This document shows, in pieces, positions 27,327 through 37,043 of a stretch of DNA of 64,000 nucleotides. The position numbers were made by a program, and so were the translations under genes. Location of the stretch: positions 380 to 64,379 of the forward strand of contig JAOMAZ010000002.1 of assembly GCA_028344335.1 (NCBI GenBank), given 5' to 3'. The stretch comes from Deltaproteobacteria bacterium (GTDB lineage Archaea; Thermoplasmatota; Poseidoniia; Poseidoniales; Poseidoniaceae). The notes beneath the pieces are model-generated. The model was not told the DNA's origin. It did no database searches and worked only from the letters and a program-made list of their open reading frames with translations. Each line of letters begins with the position of its first letter. The first letter of the stretch is position 1.

Positions 27327-28472
27327 ATGGCAAAGCGGGACTACTACGAAGTTCTCGGAGTTGAACGAGATGTTGATGCTAAAGCATTGAAGAATTCTTT
27401 TCGTTCACTAGCTCGAAAATATCACCCTGACAAGAATGACTCTCCCGATGCGGATGAGAGATTCAAGGAAATTCAGGAAGCATTTGCAGTGCTCTCAAAT
27501 TCTGAGAAACGCCAAATCTATGACCGATATGGGCACGAACCGCCTGGTGGCTCCCCATTTGGTTCGGGTGGATTCTCTGGTTTCAACATGAATTTTGACG
27601 ATATATTCTCAGGGAATCTTGGCGATCTCTTCGGTTCATTCTTCGGTGGCTCTTCTCGACGTCGCCACTCTGCTTCTCGGGGTAATGACATTTTACTACG
27701 ACACATTGTTCCATTCCAATCTATTTTTGATGGTTCTGAAGAAGAGGTCGAAATAGAACTACCAACTGCTTGCGAAGATTGTGAAGGTAGTGGAGCGATG
27801 GATCCCGATGCATTGTCAAGTTGTCAAGCCTGTGGTGGACGAGGGCAAGTAACTGTAAGAGAACAAATGGGGCCATTCATCAATCAAAGCACTAGGACTT
27901 GTACTAGTTGTTCTGGAAGAGGGCAATTAATCGACGAAGAATGCGAGTTTTGCGATGGCCATGGTAAGATTCAGAAAGAGCAGAAGTTAAGGTTCAATGT
28001 TCCTAAAGGAGCCTCTGATGGCACACGGTTGCGGATGAGAGGCAGTGGCGAGCCAGCCCCTATGGGGAGAGGAGAGGCAGGAGACCTATACATCGAATTA
28101 CGTATTGAGGACCATCCTTGGTTTGAGAGAGATGGAGCTGACCTCTTGATGTCCTTACCACTAGGATACCCAGACTTTGCATTGGGTCGCACTGTTAGTA
28201 TTCCCCACTTCGATGGCAAGGATTTGGAAATCAAAGTTCCAGCAGGTGCACGTTCAGGTCAAACCTTGGAGATTGCGGCTCGTGGCTTAGCAGATGCTAG
28301 GAGTAGAGGTCGAGGCAATATCATCGTATTATTGAAAATGTATGTGCCAAAGAAATTATCTAGAGCCGTGAAAAAAGGCCTTGAAGGGTTGAGAAACGAC
28401 TTGTCTCTTGATGATGCTAAGACTCTTGATGAAGTGCGAAATGATGCTGATGATAGAAGAAGCAATCACTGA
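27327..28472 (+). CDS. dnaJ: Chaperone DnaJ (Hsp40, type I)
   Basis: The J domain reads DYYEVLGV...KYHPDKN. It is followed by a G/F-rich linker and four CxxCxG-type zinc-finger repeats (CEDCEGSG, CQACGGRG, CTSCSGRG, CEFCDGHG). Confidence 0.95.
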   Translation: MAKRDYYEVLGVERDVDAKALKNSFRSLARKYHPDKNDSPDADERFKEIQEAFAVLSNSEKRQIYDRYGHEPPGGSPFGSGGFSGFNMNFDDIFSGNLGDLFGSFFGGSSRRRHSASRGNDILLRHIVPFQSIFDGSEEEVEIELPTACEDCEGSGAMDPDALSSCQACGGRGQVTVREQMGPFINQSTRTCTSCSGRGQLIDEECEFCDGHGKIQKEQKLRFNVPKGASDGTRLRMRGSGEPAPMGRGEAGDLYIELRIEDHPWFERDGADLLMSLPLGYPDFALGRTVSIPHFDGKDLEIKVPAGARSGQTLEIAARGLADARSRGRGNIIVLLKMYVPKKLSRAVKKGLEGLRNDLSLDDAKTLDEVRNDADDRRSNH

Positions 28473-30758
28473 CTATTCTTCCTCAAGTCTGAGTGAACCT
28501 GTATGTTTTGCTGCCACCGGCTTATTCTCAACCAGTCCACTCATCGAGACTTCAAGTCCAGTGCCATTACCTTCTAATTCCACTTTCAAAAAAGTACGAC
28601 TACCTTCTGATAGGGTATCGAGGAAGACCTCATCTCCTCTCGATAAGAAGCGCGGTTCAGATGATATAACTCTCCAATGTTCTCCAGCACTGACCTCAAA
28701 CCTAACTGCTGCGACTTGCCATGAACCCTTCAGTATGTGAACTCCAAACAAAACTGGAACCCCTCCTTTGTTAGAGAATTCTGGCGCCAACTTCCATACC
28801 GCCAAATCAACTGCCTCTGTACGGTGTCGGATATTTGCTTCTCCCCAAGTCTCCACACCTTCTTCCCAATCGAGAGCAGCTATGGTTCGCAGCGATAATT
28901 TTAGATCAGAAATCGCCTGTTTGACTTGACCTTCTGCTATCATTTTACGCAGTGTCTTCAGACGTTCTTTATCGCCTGCTAATTGGGCTGCACGGCGGTT
29001 ATAGATTCTATTAGTCCAGATGACCCAGATAATTGGAGTTAGCATCAGGAAACCGAGGAAATAGAGTAATGCAGTACTGGCCTGCGAAACGAATCCTTCC
29101 GCCTCGAACCAAGGCTCGATACCTTCTTCACTTTGAATACTGGATATTTCGATGGTCCAAGGGATTGGGTTGATGTTGACATCTCCCCAAGTCCAATTTC
29201 CTTCTCCGTTCATCAATTCAACACTTCGAATCCTCAGAAGGTGAGTGCCTTCGCCGACTTCAAGGGTTGTCATTCCCTCAATTCCGTCATCTATGATAGT
29301 ACTGGCCTGTGAAACGATTGTCCGACTTGACCAATTCATTTCGATTAATTCTGCAACAATTCTAGTATTATCAGCGGTCAACTGTAATTTGATTCTGTAC
29401 CTACTTTCTTCCCAACCCTCCAAGTTTAGAAGGTATGTATCTGCTCCATCATAGGTCGGAAGAGAAAGCCAACCTGTGTGGCTAACTCCTTCCTTCAATT
29501 GAATGAAATCCCAACCCTCCATTGCACTATCTATGTTCATTGGAATAGCACCATTTGCATCGGTGTTATTATCGAGATCTCCAAAGGTAGTTCTCATCAC
29601 ATCAAATGACCAAATCCCTGTTTGTTCACTTAATGAGGATATTGATACCTTCAACAAAGCTGTTGCCTCTGGGGTCCAAATACTTGAATCAGAATTATGT
29701 GCCAAATCCGATTGTAAACCTTGGAAGGTCAAAAATGGAACCCAAATCCCATCTACCATAGCACTGATGTTAATATCTAAGGCTGCAGTTGAAGATGAGG
29801 TGAATTTCCATAGGTGAGGGCCACTGGCATTTATCATGATGATATCTTCATCGCCTGTTGAGAGTAATCCATAGAAAGTAGCACTTTCTTCATGTAATTC
29901 CTGAACGTCATTAACTTCACCTGTTGCTGGCCAATTATCGGCGCTTCCACGGGCAGCAAGCCTTGCCGAAAAACTGCTGCTAGCCGTTGTTGTTGATGCC
30001 TCTAACCAAGTGTGATTATTGGTTGTAGTTTTCCAAATTCTTTGTGGTGCTGTTGAAGAAGATGAATTTGACTGGCTGCTCAGGCTCGCAAGAATCTGAT
30101 TGCCCTCATCACCAGATAATAATCGTAATTCAACATCTGCAGATGAATGAAGTAGGCTTAGTTCGAGGATGTCAGAAACATTTGCATCAACTAACCAATA
30201 CATGCTGTCCAGTCCGTTGAAAGTAGCGTTTATCCAAGTGGCGCTTGGATCATGAATTCCACCTCCAGTCGTTTTTGCAGCAAAGGTTTCTGTCAAATTT
30301 GAGGTAGATAAAAATGAGTTTGCTTGAACTGCAGAATTCCTTGTTGAAGATGAATCACCATTTCCCAGTGAGTTTAATTCAGGCAGGCTTGCTTGAATAT
30401 CAATATTCAATGAATCACTACCATTATTGCTTAGGTTTAACCAAGCAACCCCTTCTACAAGTTGACCTATGACTACAGCATTATTGGTGATTGTAGCAGT
30501 ATTTTCTGATACGCTATCGGAAACAGTTAGCAATAGGTCTCTACAGTCTCCCCCGCAATCAGCATCAACCCAGAATCCACCTGTTCGCGATGAAAAACTA
30601 ATCGAAATAGATTCACCACTTGGAAGTGAAATATCACGGAGCAAGGATTCTTCGTCGGCAACTTGAACACCTCCATGACTAGCATCCCCGCTAATAATCA
30701 GGAAGGGAGACACAGCCAATATTGCACCAAATAAGATGGCGGCTATGCGATGCTGCAT
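28473..30758 (-). CDS. Single-pass membrane protein with large extracellular N-terminal domain and cytoplasmic C-terminal domain
   Basis: The signal peptide is MQHRIAAILFGAILAVSPFLIISG. A TM (ALLYFLGFLMLTPIIWVIWT) sits about 200 aa before the C-terminus. I recognise no domain. Confidence 0.6.
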   Translation of the reverse strand: MQHRIAAILFGAILAVSPFLIISGDASHGGVQVADEESLLRDISLPSGESISISFSSRTGGFWVDADCGGDCRDLLLTVSDSVSENTATITNNAVVIGQLVEGVAWLNLSNNGSDSLNIDIQASLPELNSLGNGDSSSTRNSAVQANSFLSTSNLTETFAAKTTGGGIHDPSATWINATFNGLDSMYWLVDANVSDILELSLLHSSADVELRLLSGDEGNQILASLSSQSNSSSSTAPQRIWKTTTNNHTWLEASTTTASSSFSARLAARGSADNWPATGEVNDVQELHEESATFYGLLSTGDEDIIMINASGPHLWKFTSSSTAALDINISAMVDGIWVPFLTFQGLQSDLAHNSDSSIWTPEATALLKVSISSLSEQTGIWSFDVMRTTFGDLDNNTDANGAIPMNIDSAMEGWDFIQLKEGVSHTGWLSLPTYDGADTYLLNLEGWEESRYRIKLQLTADNTRIVAELIEMNWSSRTIVSQASTIIDDGIEGMTTLEVGEGTHLLRIRSVELMNGEGNWTWGDVNINPIPWTIEISSIQSEEGIEPWFEAEGFVSQASTALLYFLGFLMLTPIIWVIWTNRIYNRRAAQLAGDKERLKTLRKMIAEGQVKQAISDLKLSLRTIAALDWEEGVETWGEANIRHRTEAVDLAVWKLAPEFSNKGGVPVLFGVHILKGSWQVAAVRFEVSAGEHWRVISSEPRFLSRGDEVFLDTLSEGSRTFLKVELEGNGTGLEVSMSGLVENKPVAAKHTGSLRLEEE

Positions 30759-30799
30759 GAGTGGGCGTTGGGGCTTGGCCTTTCAAATGATTCAAACCT

Positions 30800-32611
30800 A
30801 TGACCCAGCACGAGTCGAATGTGGACGGGGATACGATAGGCCTAACGGTACAGGCTTCACAGCGTTTAGGGCGCATTTACGGATTGGGAGACCGCGCTTC
30901 GCCAGCCGCATTGACACCTTGTTTATTAGTCGAGGAATCCGATGCAGATTCCACTCCCACAAACCTCGCTCCATTTACCTATCAACAAGACAATAGTAAG
31001 ATTCCAGGAACTTTGTCTATAATGGGTAGGCTACCCATGTCTATACCTTTTGATGCTAATGGCCCTGACTGGAAAGTAGGTGTTGGGCATGTATTGCCAC
31101 CTAGCATGGTTGCTGCGGATACTGGAGACCGCGGTGGAAGTGGTACATTGCTACCTATCTCATGGCAACGAATGAACCATGATGAGGAGTTATTGAATTT
31201 GGAAAAAGAACCGCAGGTTGTTGTTTTACTTGATGCTCTCCAATTAGCTAATCAACGAGGTGCCCTCGCCAAGGCATTATTCACAATCCGTCAACAATTC
31301 TCTTCAGCCCTCATTTGGTGCCCAGGAATTTCAGGCCCTGATAACTTGGCTTTGTTGACTTGGATGGGTGTTGACTTGCATGATTTAGTACGTACTTCTC
31401 AATGTGAAGCACATCATGCCTTGCTTACGAATAGCGGTCCCCGCATGCCTGAAGAAAGCCTTGATGAAGTAGTCGACCGGAAAACGCACTTGGCAATTTG
31501 GAAAGCCGAACTAGCGACAGTTCGTAGGGCAATTCGTGATGGTACCCTCAGAGAATTAGTCGAACAGAGAGTGCTTTCAAGTCCAAGAATGGTTGAGCAT
31601 CTTCGCCACCATGATGCTCTTTTGACAATCCCTAATCAGGAAACAGTCTTGCAATCCGTTGTAGCAACCGGAAGAAGATTTAGAGCGCACTCCCAAGCCT
31701 CCTTTAATGACCCAGAAATAATTGATTGGGTAAGATTCATTTCAGATGATTATTGTGCCCCTGAAGAACAAGATAAGGTGCTTATATTGCTCCCTTGTAG
31801 CGATCGAAAACCATATCGTGAATCGCGTTCTCACATTCGTTTTGGTCATGCGATTGGTTATACAACTGCCCATGAAGTTATGGTAACCAGCCCACTTGGT
31901 TTAGTTCCAAGAGATTTAGAGAGGATTTGGCCAGCAGCTCATTATGATGTCCCAGTTACAGGAGATTGGAGTACTGAAGAACTAGAACGGATTCAAAGCA
32001 TGTTGAATCGATTAATCGAAAATCAAGGTTATTCTCATGTAATCAATCATAGTGGCATGAAATTGGAGATTCCAAGCGGTGTTTCAGTTGTCGATAGCCG
32101 CCTTGATGACGGTGCAACTTCACAAGCGGCGTTTGAACGTCTGCAAACTGCGGTTCAGGAAGCAATAGAGAAATTCGAGTTAAGAGGGCGCTCAAAATAT
32201 ATTCAATTACTGGAAGAATTCCGTTCCATCGCTCGTCGCCAAATGCGTAATGATAGTTGGCTCGATGGTTTGAGAGTAGCCGGAAAACCACCACGCTGGA
32301 AAGTCTATGATGGAGAAAAACAAATTGCTCAATGGCTCCCTGAAAGAGGGGCTTTATCGATGACAAAAGCGGCCCTACCACGTTTATTAGAAGGAAATTG
32401 TTTGCCTAAAATACATTTACTTGAGGGTATAAAATGGAGAGGAGATGTGTTTTCTTCAATACTCGAAAGCCATGACTCTGATATTCGAGAGGGTGGGGAA
32501 TTATTGGTATTACAAGGTGGAAAACTGTTAGGCTCGGCGCGTGCTAGCGTTTCTGCTTGGGGTTGGCCTAATACTCCTGGAAAGTTGGCAAAGGGCCATC
32601 AGCGCCTCTGA
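30800..32611 (+). CDS. arcS: Archaeosine synthase ArcS (TgtA2-like, TGT-like N-domain plus PUA)
   Basis: PCSDRKPYRESRSH (31793-31834) is an exact match to the remembered ArcS signature PC-x3-KPY-x2-S-x2-H. The N-terminal half is TGT-like (ALIWCPGISGPDNLALLTWMGVDLHD) and the C-terminus is PUA-like. Confidence 0.75.
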   Translation: MTQHESNVDGDTIGLTVQASQRLGRIYGLGDRASPAALTPCLLVEESDADSTPTNLAPFTYQQDNSKIPGTLSIMGRLPMSIPFDANGPDWKVGVGHVLPPSMVAADTGDRGGSGTLLPISWQRMNHDEELLNLEKEPQVVVLLDALQLANQRGALAKALFTIRQQFSSALIWCPGISGPDNLALLTWMGVDLHDLVRTSQCEAHHALLTNSGPRMPEESLDEVVDRKTHLAIWKAELATVRRAIRDGTLRELVEQRVLSSPRMVEHLRHHDALLTIPNQETVLQSVVATGRRFRAHSQASFNDPEIIDWVRFISDDYCAPEEQDKVLILLPCSDRKPYRESRSHIRFGHAIGYTTAHEVMVTSPLGLVPRDLERIWPAAHYDVPVTGDWSTEELERIQSMLNRLIENQGYSHVINHSGMKLEIPSGVSVVDSRLDDGATSQAAFERLQTAVQEAIEKFELRGRSKYIQLLEEFRSIARRQMRNDSWLDGLRVAGKPPRWKVYDGEKQIAQWLPERGALSMTKAALPRLLEGNCLPKIHLLEGIKWRGDVFSSILESHDSDIREGGELLVLQGGKLLGSARASVSAWGWPNTPGKLAKGHQRL

Positions 32612-32681
32612 GGTGTTGCTGTGCTTAGCGATGTGATTATGAAGGAGAAGCAGGTCGGCGGCTCGCCCGAGGTGTGATGAC

Positions 32682-33137
32682 ATGGCACGAATGTACGCTC
32701 ATAAGAGAGGAAAGAGCGGTTCCACCAAGGTCCATGGACAGGATCTTCCAGAGTGGGCCAATACCGATAAGAAAGAAATCGAGAGTCTTATTTCTTCTCT
32801 CCACACCGATGGACACACTGCTGCCATCATCGGTACAATTCTACGTGACCAGCATGCTGTCCCAGACGTGCGCAAGGTAATTGGTCAGAGAATAACTTCC
32901 TTCTTAGCTTCACAAGACAAGGTTGCTACCTACCCCGAGGACATGATGAATCTGATGCGCAAAGCAGTTAGTATCATCGATCACATTTCTTCAAACCGCA
33001 AAGATATTCACAATACACGAGCACTTGAATTAACTGAATCAAAGATTCGTCGCCTTGCTAAGTATTACCAAGCCAAGGGCCGCCTTGATATTGATTGGAA
33101 ATACAAGCGCGACCAAATCCGTTTGATGGTTGAGTGA
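32682..33137 (+). CDS. rps15: 30S ribosomal protein uS15 (S15P/S13e)
   Basis: MARMYAHKRGKSGSTKV is a typical archaeal/eukaryotic S13e N-terminus. The length is 151 aa, with a C-terminal S15 helix bundle (ESKIRRLAKYY). Confidence 0.95.
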   Translation: MARMYAHKRGKSGSTKVHGQDLPEWANTDKKEIESLISSLHTDGHTAAIIGTILRDQHAVPDVRKVIGQRITSFLASQDKVATYPEDMMNLMRKAVSIIDHISSNRKDIHNTRALELTESKIRRLAKYYQAKGRLDIDWKYKRDQIRLMVE

Positions 33138-33193
33138 ACCCGCATCATTCCTCAAGTTGAAGTGTATTGGCCGTTTGCATTGTCTTTGTCGCA

Positions 33194-34039
33194 ATGTTCC
33201 CTTTGCATAGTTTAGAGGAGTTCAACTCCATAACTGCAACATTAGAAGAGGCGGTAGAGTTTTTAAAAAATCAATCAAGTATTAGTATTATTTTTCCGGC
33301 AAAACTTTCTTCTGCAATAGCCGCTTCTTTAATTGAAGCTGCATTTTTAGATGCGGGTATGGCTTATCATCGTAAAATCAGTACCTCTGATTTGATTGAG
33401 GATTCAGCACCCTGCATCATCATTGACCCAGATGAACAGTATGAATTGAGAATCGAAAGAGGATGTCTAATTATGGGAATCAATAGTATGGAATTTGATA
33501 TTGGCCATTCTGGAAAGCGCAATTTAGGGGTAATCGAGCAAGTTGGAATGGCTGGATTACTCGCTGGAATACTGGCACCAGAGGGTGAAAGGACCAAGAG
33601 ATTGAGGCCATGGATATTAGCGGGGTCATGGCTTAGAGATTCTCTTGATACTGCATATGATCCCCAATATATGAGATTCAAGGACCTTCTAAGTGAATCC
33701 GGTGAAATCCAATGCCTGCCATTACCAGAACTCGCCGACTGCGACTTGAGTCAATTACCAGGTCTATCAACCAGTCTTTTGTCAAGGATGCGAAGACGAT
33801 GGCCTTCGATGAGTCTTGAGCAGCGCTCTGCGGCGATGAGTGATTTACTATTACCAGTACTGGAGAACCCAGATTGTGCGACGGCACGAATTGAAGAATT
33901 AGGCTGGAGGCGTGTAGTTGGGGTAGGTTGGGATTTGGATCTTGCAACAATGTTGAAGAAATCTAGGGATTCATGGTTGCCTGATTCACTTTCTGTTTCA
34001 AAAGCGATGGATTCTCTAATTAGTACCGGTTTACTTTAA
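33194..34039 (+). CDS. Hypothetical protein; possible degenerate DHH (RecJ/Cdc45-like) domain
   Basis: It lies immediately downstream of rps15. The N-terminal layout ISIIFPAKLSSAIAASLIEAAFLDAGMAY resembles the first DHH-domain strand and helix, but the metal-binding Asp/His residues are replaced. The call is weak. Confidence 0.4.
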   Translation: MFPLHSLEEFNSITATLEEAVEFLKNQSSISIIFPAKLSSAIAASLIEAAFLDAGMAYHRKISTSDLIEDSAPCIIIDPDEQYELRIERGCLIMGINSMEFDIGHSGKRNLGVIEQVGMAGLLAGILAPEGERTKRLRPWILAGSWLRDSLDTAYDPQYMRFKDLLSESGEIQCLPLPELADCDLSQLPGLSTSLLSRMRRRWPSMSLEQRSAAMSDLLLPVLENPDCATARIEELGWRRVVGVGWDLDLATMLKKSRDSWLPDSLSVSKAMDSLISTGLL

Positions 34040-36048
34040 GCAACGATTTTCAGGACTCTACCACAACCACCACAAGGAAGCCTAAGGGGTCTGATATCAG
34101 AAACCACGGGATTGACAGTAGTACATTTAGGACAAGAGATAGTTGGTACCTCGGGCATTGAAGAAGTATCGGGCATTCCATCATATCCCAAGCGCTTTGG
34201 TGTGATGATTGTTGTTACCATCCATATTCCACCGATTCCACCCATCAATGCTCCAATACTCTCCATTGGGAATGCGTACCAATAAGCAGCAGCGACCAAA
34301 GGAATCAGAATAGTTTCAAGAATCAGTGGCTTCTTGTCTTTACCACGTGCTAATAATAAACAGGTTGAAAATAATACGGCTACCAATGAAAGACAAATTA
34401 AAGCTAATGGAAGGGGGGTATAAAGAGGATTAGTGCTTGTTTTTACCCTTAAGTCTAATCTATTCCAAGATAAGATGTTATCTGCATGAACTGTGTATAC
34501 TTCTTCGGTGATGTGCCTTTCATGGCTAGTTTCTAAGTCTTCACTGGTCTTTTCATGAATATCTGTGAAAGATGATTGACTATCGCTGTGGAGACTAATA
34601 TCGAGTGATACTTGATTCCAGTAACTTTCGGATTGAGGGAGAATGAACTGTTGCAATAGGTCAAAATAATCACCTTCTTTAATTGATTGTGTGGTGCTAA
34701 TTATCAGGGTTACTTGATTTCGATTAACATTATTATCATCGTTCAAATCTATGCGCACCTGTATCGTGTGAAAGTCTCTAAAAGAACCACCTAGGAGTGG
34801 TTCTGCCTCAAGTTGAAGGGCGTTTTCTAAGAAATTAAGAGTTAATTCTTGAGATTGCAGGCGGGAGGCGAATTTTTCAAGTTCAGAATTATCTATTATT
34901 CCATCTTCATATTGCGATTGGCTAAATCCACCATCAAAACGTTTCCATACCGAGTCCATTTTCAACCATTCTGAGTTCTGGTTGGTAATTCCCCATCTCA
35001 TCCAATATGCCATGTCATCTTTGATGACTAATCGAGTCGTTCGGGATATTACGATACCATCTCCTTCATCGAGGTCTGCATCGATGATGACAGATAGCCC
35101 ATTACTGTTATTGGTTCGAATTGGCTCTTCAGAGCCATAATAAGTTCCAGAACCATCACCATCTTCTAACTGAACATCAAATTGACCAGAGGCTAGCCAA
35201 CTGCTACCGCCGCTTTGCATCACATAGTTGATTTCAATCTGCACACTATCGCCACTAAATGATTCACTTGCAGTCCAGGACCAAGTTGCTTTGACATCTT
35301 GGCCAGAGGGTGTCTTGACAGGTTCTCCACTCAAGAATTCTCCATTTACTGAACAACTAATGCTGCCTTCTTCTATTAATTTTTGACTAAATCCAGAGCG
35401 AAGAATTGCTGGAATATGTAATGTTCTCCCATCAACAATCGGTTCTGAAATATCAATATCCATTAGTGGTAGATTTGCTTCAAGTTTGCTTTCGTGGTCT
35501 TCATCACCCCACAAGAAGTCAATTTTAGCATCAGAACCTGGAACTACAAAGACTAGAGAACTCATTACCAATTCAACTGATACTGTATCAGAACTAACAA
35601 GTGTGCCAGTATCTACTTGAATGGAAGTAGTCAAGGTTCCACTCCCTCCTGGAACATATGTTTCCCCAGCAGGAGTTTGGCCAGTGAATTGGTTTGGACC
35701 GATATTAACCTTCACCGTTGCATTTAGTTGCACGCCTGCGGCATTTTCAACTTCGTAAGTTATTGTGAAGGTCCATTCCTCTGAAATAATATCTCCATGA
35801 TACCCTGGCTGGAATGACCATGTCCCGATGCTTTCCTCATTTGGAATTGATGATGCTAGAGATTTACTTTGTAATTCGTTTCGGTCACCATCAAATGGTG
35901 ATAGACTGCTGGTGCCAGTCAAAAACAGGTCCACAGCCTGACTTTCACAGCACTCACCACTTGCTTTAACAGTAGGTAAATATGAATTTGGCGCAGCAAT
36001 TAATGAGATGAATAGCAGGCTCAGGACGAGAAGTGGTTGTAATTTCAT
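34036..36048 (-). CDS. Secreted membrane-anchored protein with C-terminal cytoplasmic zinc ribbon
   Basis: The signal peptide follows the ATG at 36048 (MKLQPLLVLSLLFISLIAAP). Two or three C-terminal TM helices precede CPKCTTVN...CGGCGRVL. Confidence 0.6.
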   Translation of the reverse strand: MKLQPLLVLSLLFISLIAAPNSYLPTVKASGECCESQAVDLFLTGTSSLSPFDGDRNELQSKSLASSIPNEESIGTWSFQPGYHGDIISEEWTFTITYEVENAAGVQLNATVKVNIGPNQFTGQTPAGETYVPGGSGTLTTSIQVDTGTLVSSDTVSVELVMSSLVFVVPGSDAKIDFLWGDEDHESKLEANLPLMDIDISEPIVDGRTLHIPAILRSGFSQKLIEEGSISCSVNGEFLSGEPVKTPSGQDVKATWSWTASESFSGDSVQIEINYVMQSGGSSWLASGQFDVQLEDGDGSGTYYGSEEPIRTNNSNGLSVIIDADLDEGDGIVISRTTRLVIKDDMAYWMRWGITNQNSEWLKMDSVWKRFDGGFSQSQYEDGIIDNSELEKFASRLQSQELTLNFLENALQLEAEPLLGGSFRDFHTIQVRIDLNDDNNVNRNQVTLIISTTQSIKEGDYFDLLQQFILPQSESYWNQVSLDISLHSDSQSSFTDIHEKTSEDLETSHERHITEEVYTVHADNILSWNRLDLRVKTSTNPLYTPLPLALICLSLVAVLFSTCLLLARGKDKKPLILETILIPLVAAAYWYAFPMESIGALMGGIGGIWMVTTIITPKRLGYDGMPDTSSMPEVPTISCPKCTTVNPVVSDIRPLRLPCGGCGRVLKIVA

Positions 36049-36127
36049 CTCCTCACCGAACACCTTGCCGTACCAAGCACCTTTGAAACCAGCGTCTGAA
36101 GGTACAGTCAATACGCCTAATTAGCTA

Positions 36128-36478
36128 TCAAAGTGCTCTTTCGAGAACACTTCCAATTTCCTTCTCAAAGAGAGTGACTAATGCTTCAGACACTTCGTCA
36201 TGCAAATCGTCAGGTAATATGGAAAGGCCGAGTCTTGCAGCGGCACGGGTTGCTTTCAACTCTGCATAAACTGAACGGGCCTTTGAGGTGAAGTAATAGG
36301 TTAGTGATTCTTTCAACTCAGCTTTCAATTCTGGGTCTTCATCTATTCTATTTTTGATGTGACTCTTCAATTCGTCTTTCACCAATTCTCTAACTGCTTC
36401 AATAACCAAATCTTCGGTTTGCATTAAGTCTTTCAGTTGTTCTTTCATCGAACCTCCTAAGATTCTCTCAATTGCCAT
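36128..36478 (-). CDS. Hypothetical small helical, charged protein
   Basis: The ORF has an ATG at 36478 (MAIERILGG...). I recognise no motif. Confidence 0.4.
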   Translation of the reverse strand: MAIERILGGSMKEQLKDLMQTEDLVIEAVRELVKDELKSHIKNRIDEDPELKAELKESLTYYFTSKARSVYAELKATRAAARLGLSILPDDLHDEVSEALVTLFEKEIGSVLERAL

Positions 36479-36621
36479 ATTAACGGGGAATCGCACCTAA
36501 TGTTTCAATCCTTGCACTGTCTTTGCCCCCTAATTTCTCCCAAAAACAGGGGTAAAATGTTTAATTGAACCGAGGAATCATTGAATAACACTAGCCGGTC
36601 TGGCTGGTTTAGGTGAAATGA

Positions 36622-37041
36622 ATGTCCGAAGTACGCATCCGAGATTTAGTCCTAACAGATGAGCACGATACAGTTGAATTAGGCGACTCCTTGGTCGACG
36701 CTGCAAAGAAATTACTTGGCTTACCAAGAGGTATCCTTGTTGCCCTTGATGGTGGAAAGGTAAAGGGAGTTTTGACCAGTATTCAAATCTTATCTGCAGT
36801 TGCAGATGGTATAGATATGAATGCAGAAAACTGTGGTGGGCACATGGACACAGATGTCATGGAAGTTGGTCAAGATGATTTAGTTTCAGAGATTGTCGCT
36901 ACAATGAACGAGCGCCGCCCTCATGCAGTAGTCGCAACAGATGAAGACGGCCAATTTACTGGCTATTTCTCACCTAACGACTATCGACAAGCAATGTCTT
37001 TGGCTGCTAACAATCCAGCAATTCAGGCGCTTGAAGAATGA
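36622..37041 (+). CDS. CBS-domain pair protein
   Basis: The 139-aa size and two CBS-like units support the call (ILVALDGGKVKGVLTSIQIL; AVVATDEDGQFTGYFSPNDY). Confidence 0.6.
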   Translation: MSEVRIRDLVLTDEHDTVELGDSLVDAAKKLLGLPRGILVALDGGKVKGVLTSIQILSAVADGIDMNAENCGGHMDTDVMEVGQDDLVSEIVATMNERRPHAVVATDEDGQFTGYFSPNDYRQAMSLAANNPAIQALEE

Positions 37042-37043
37042 TT

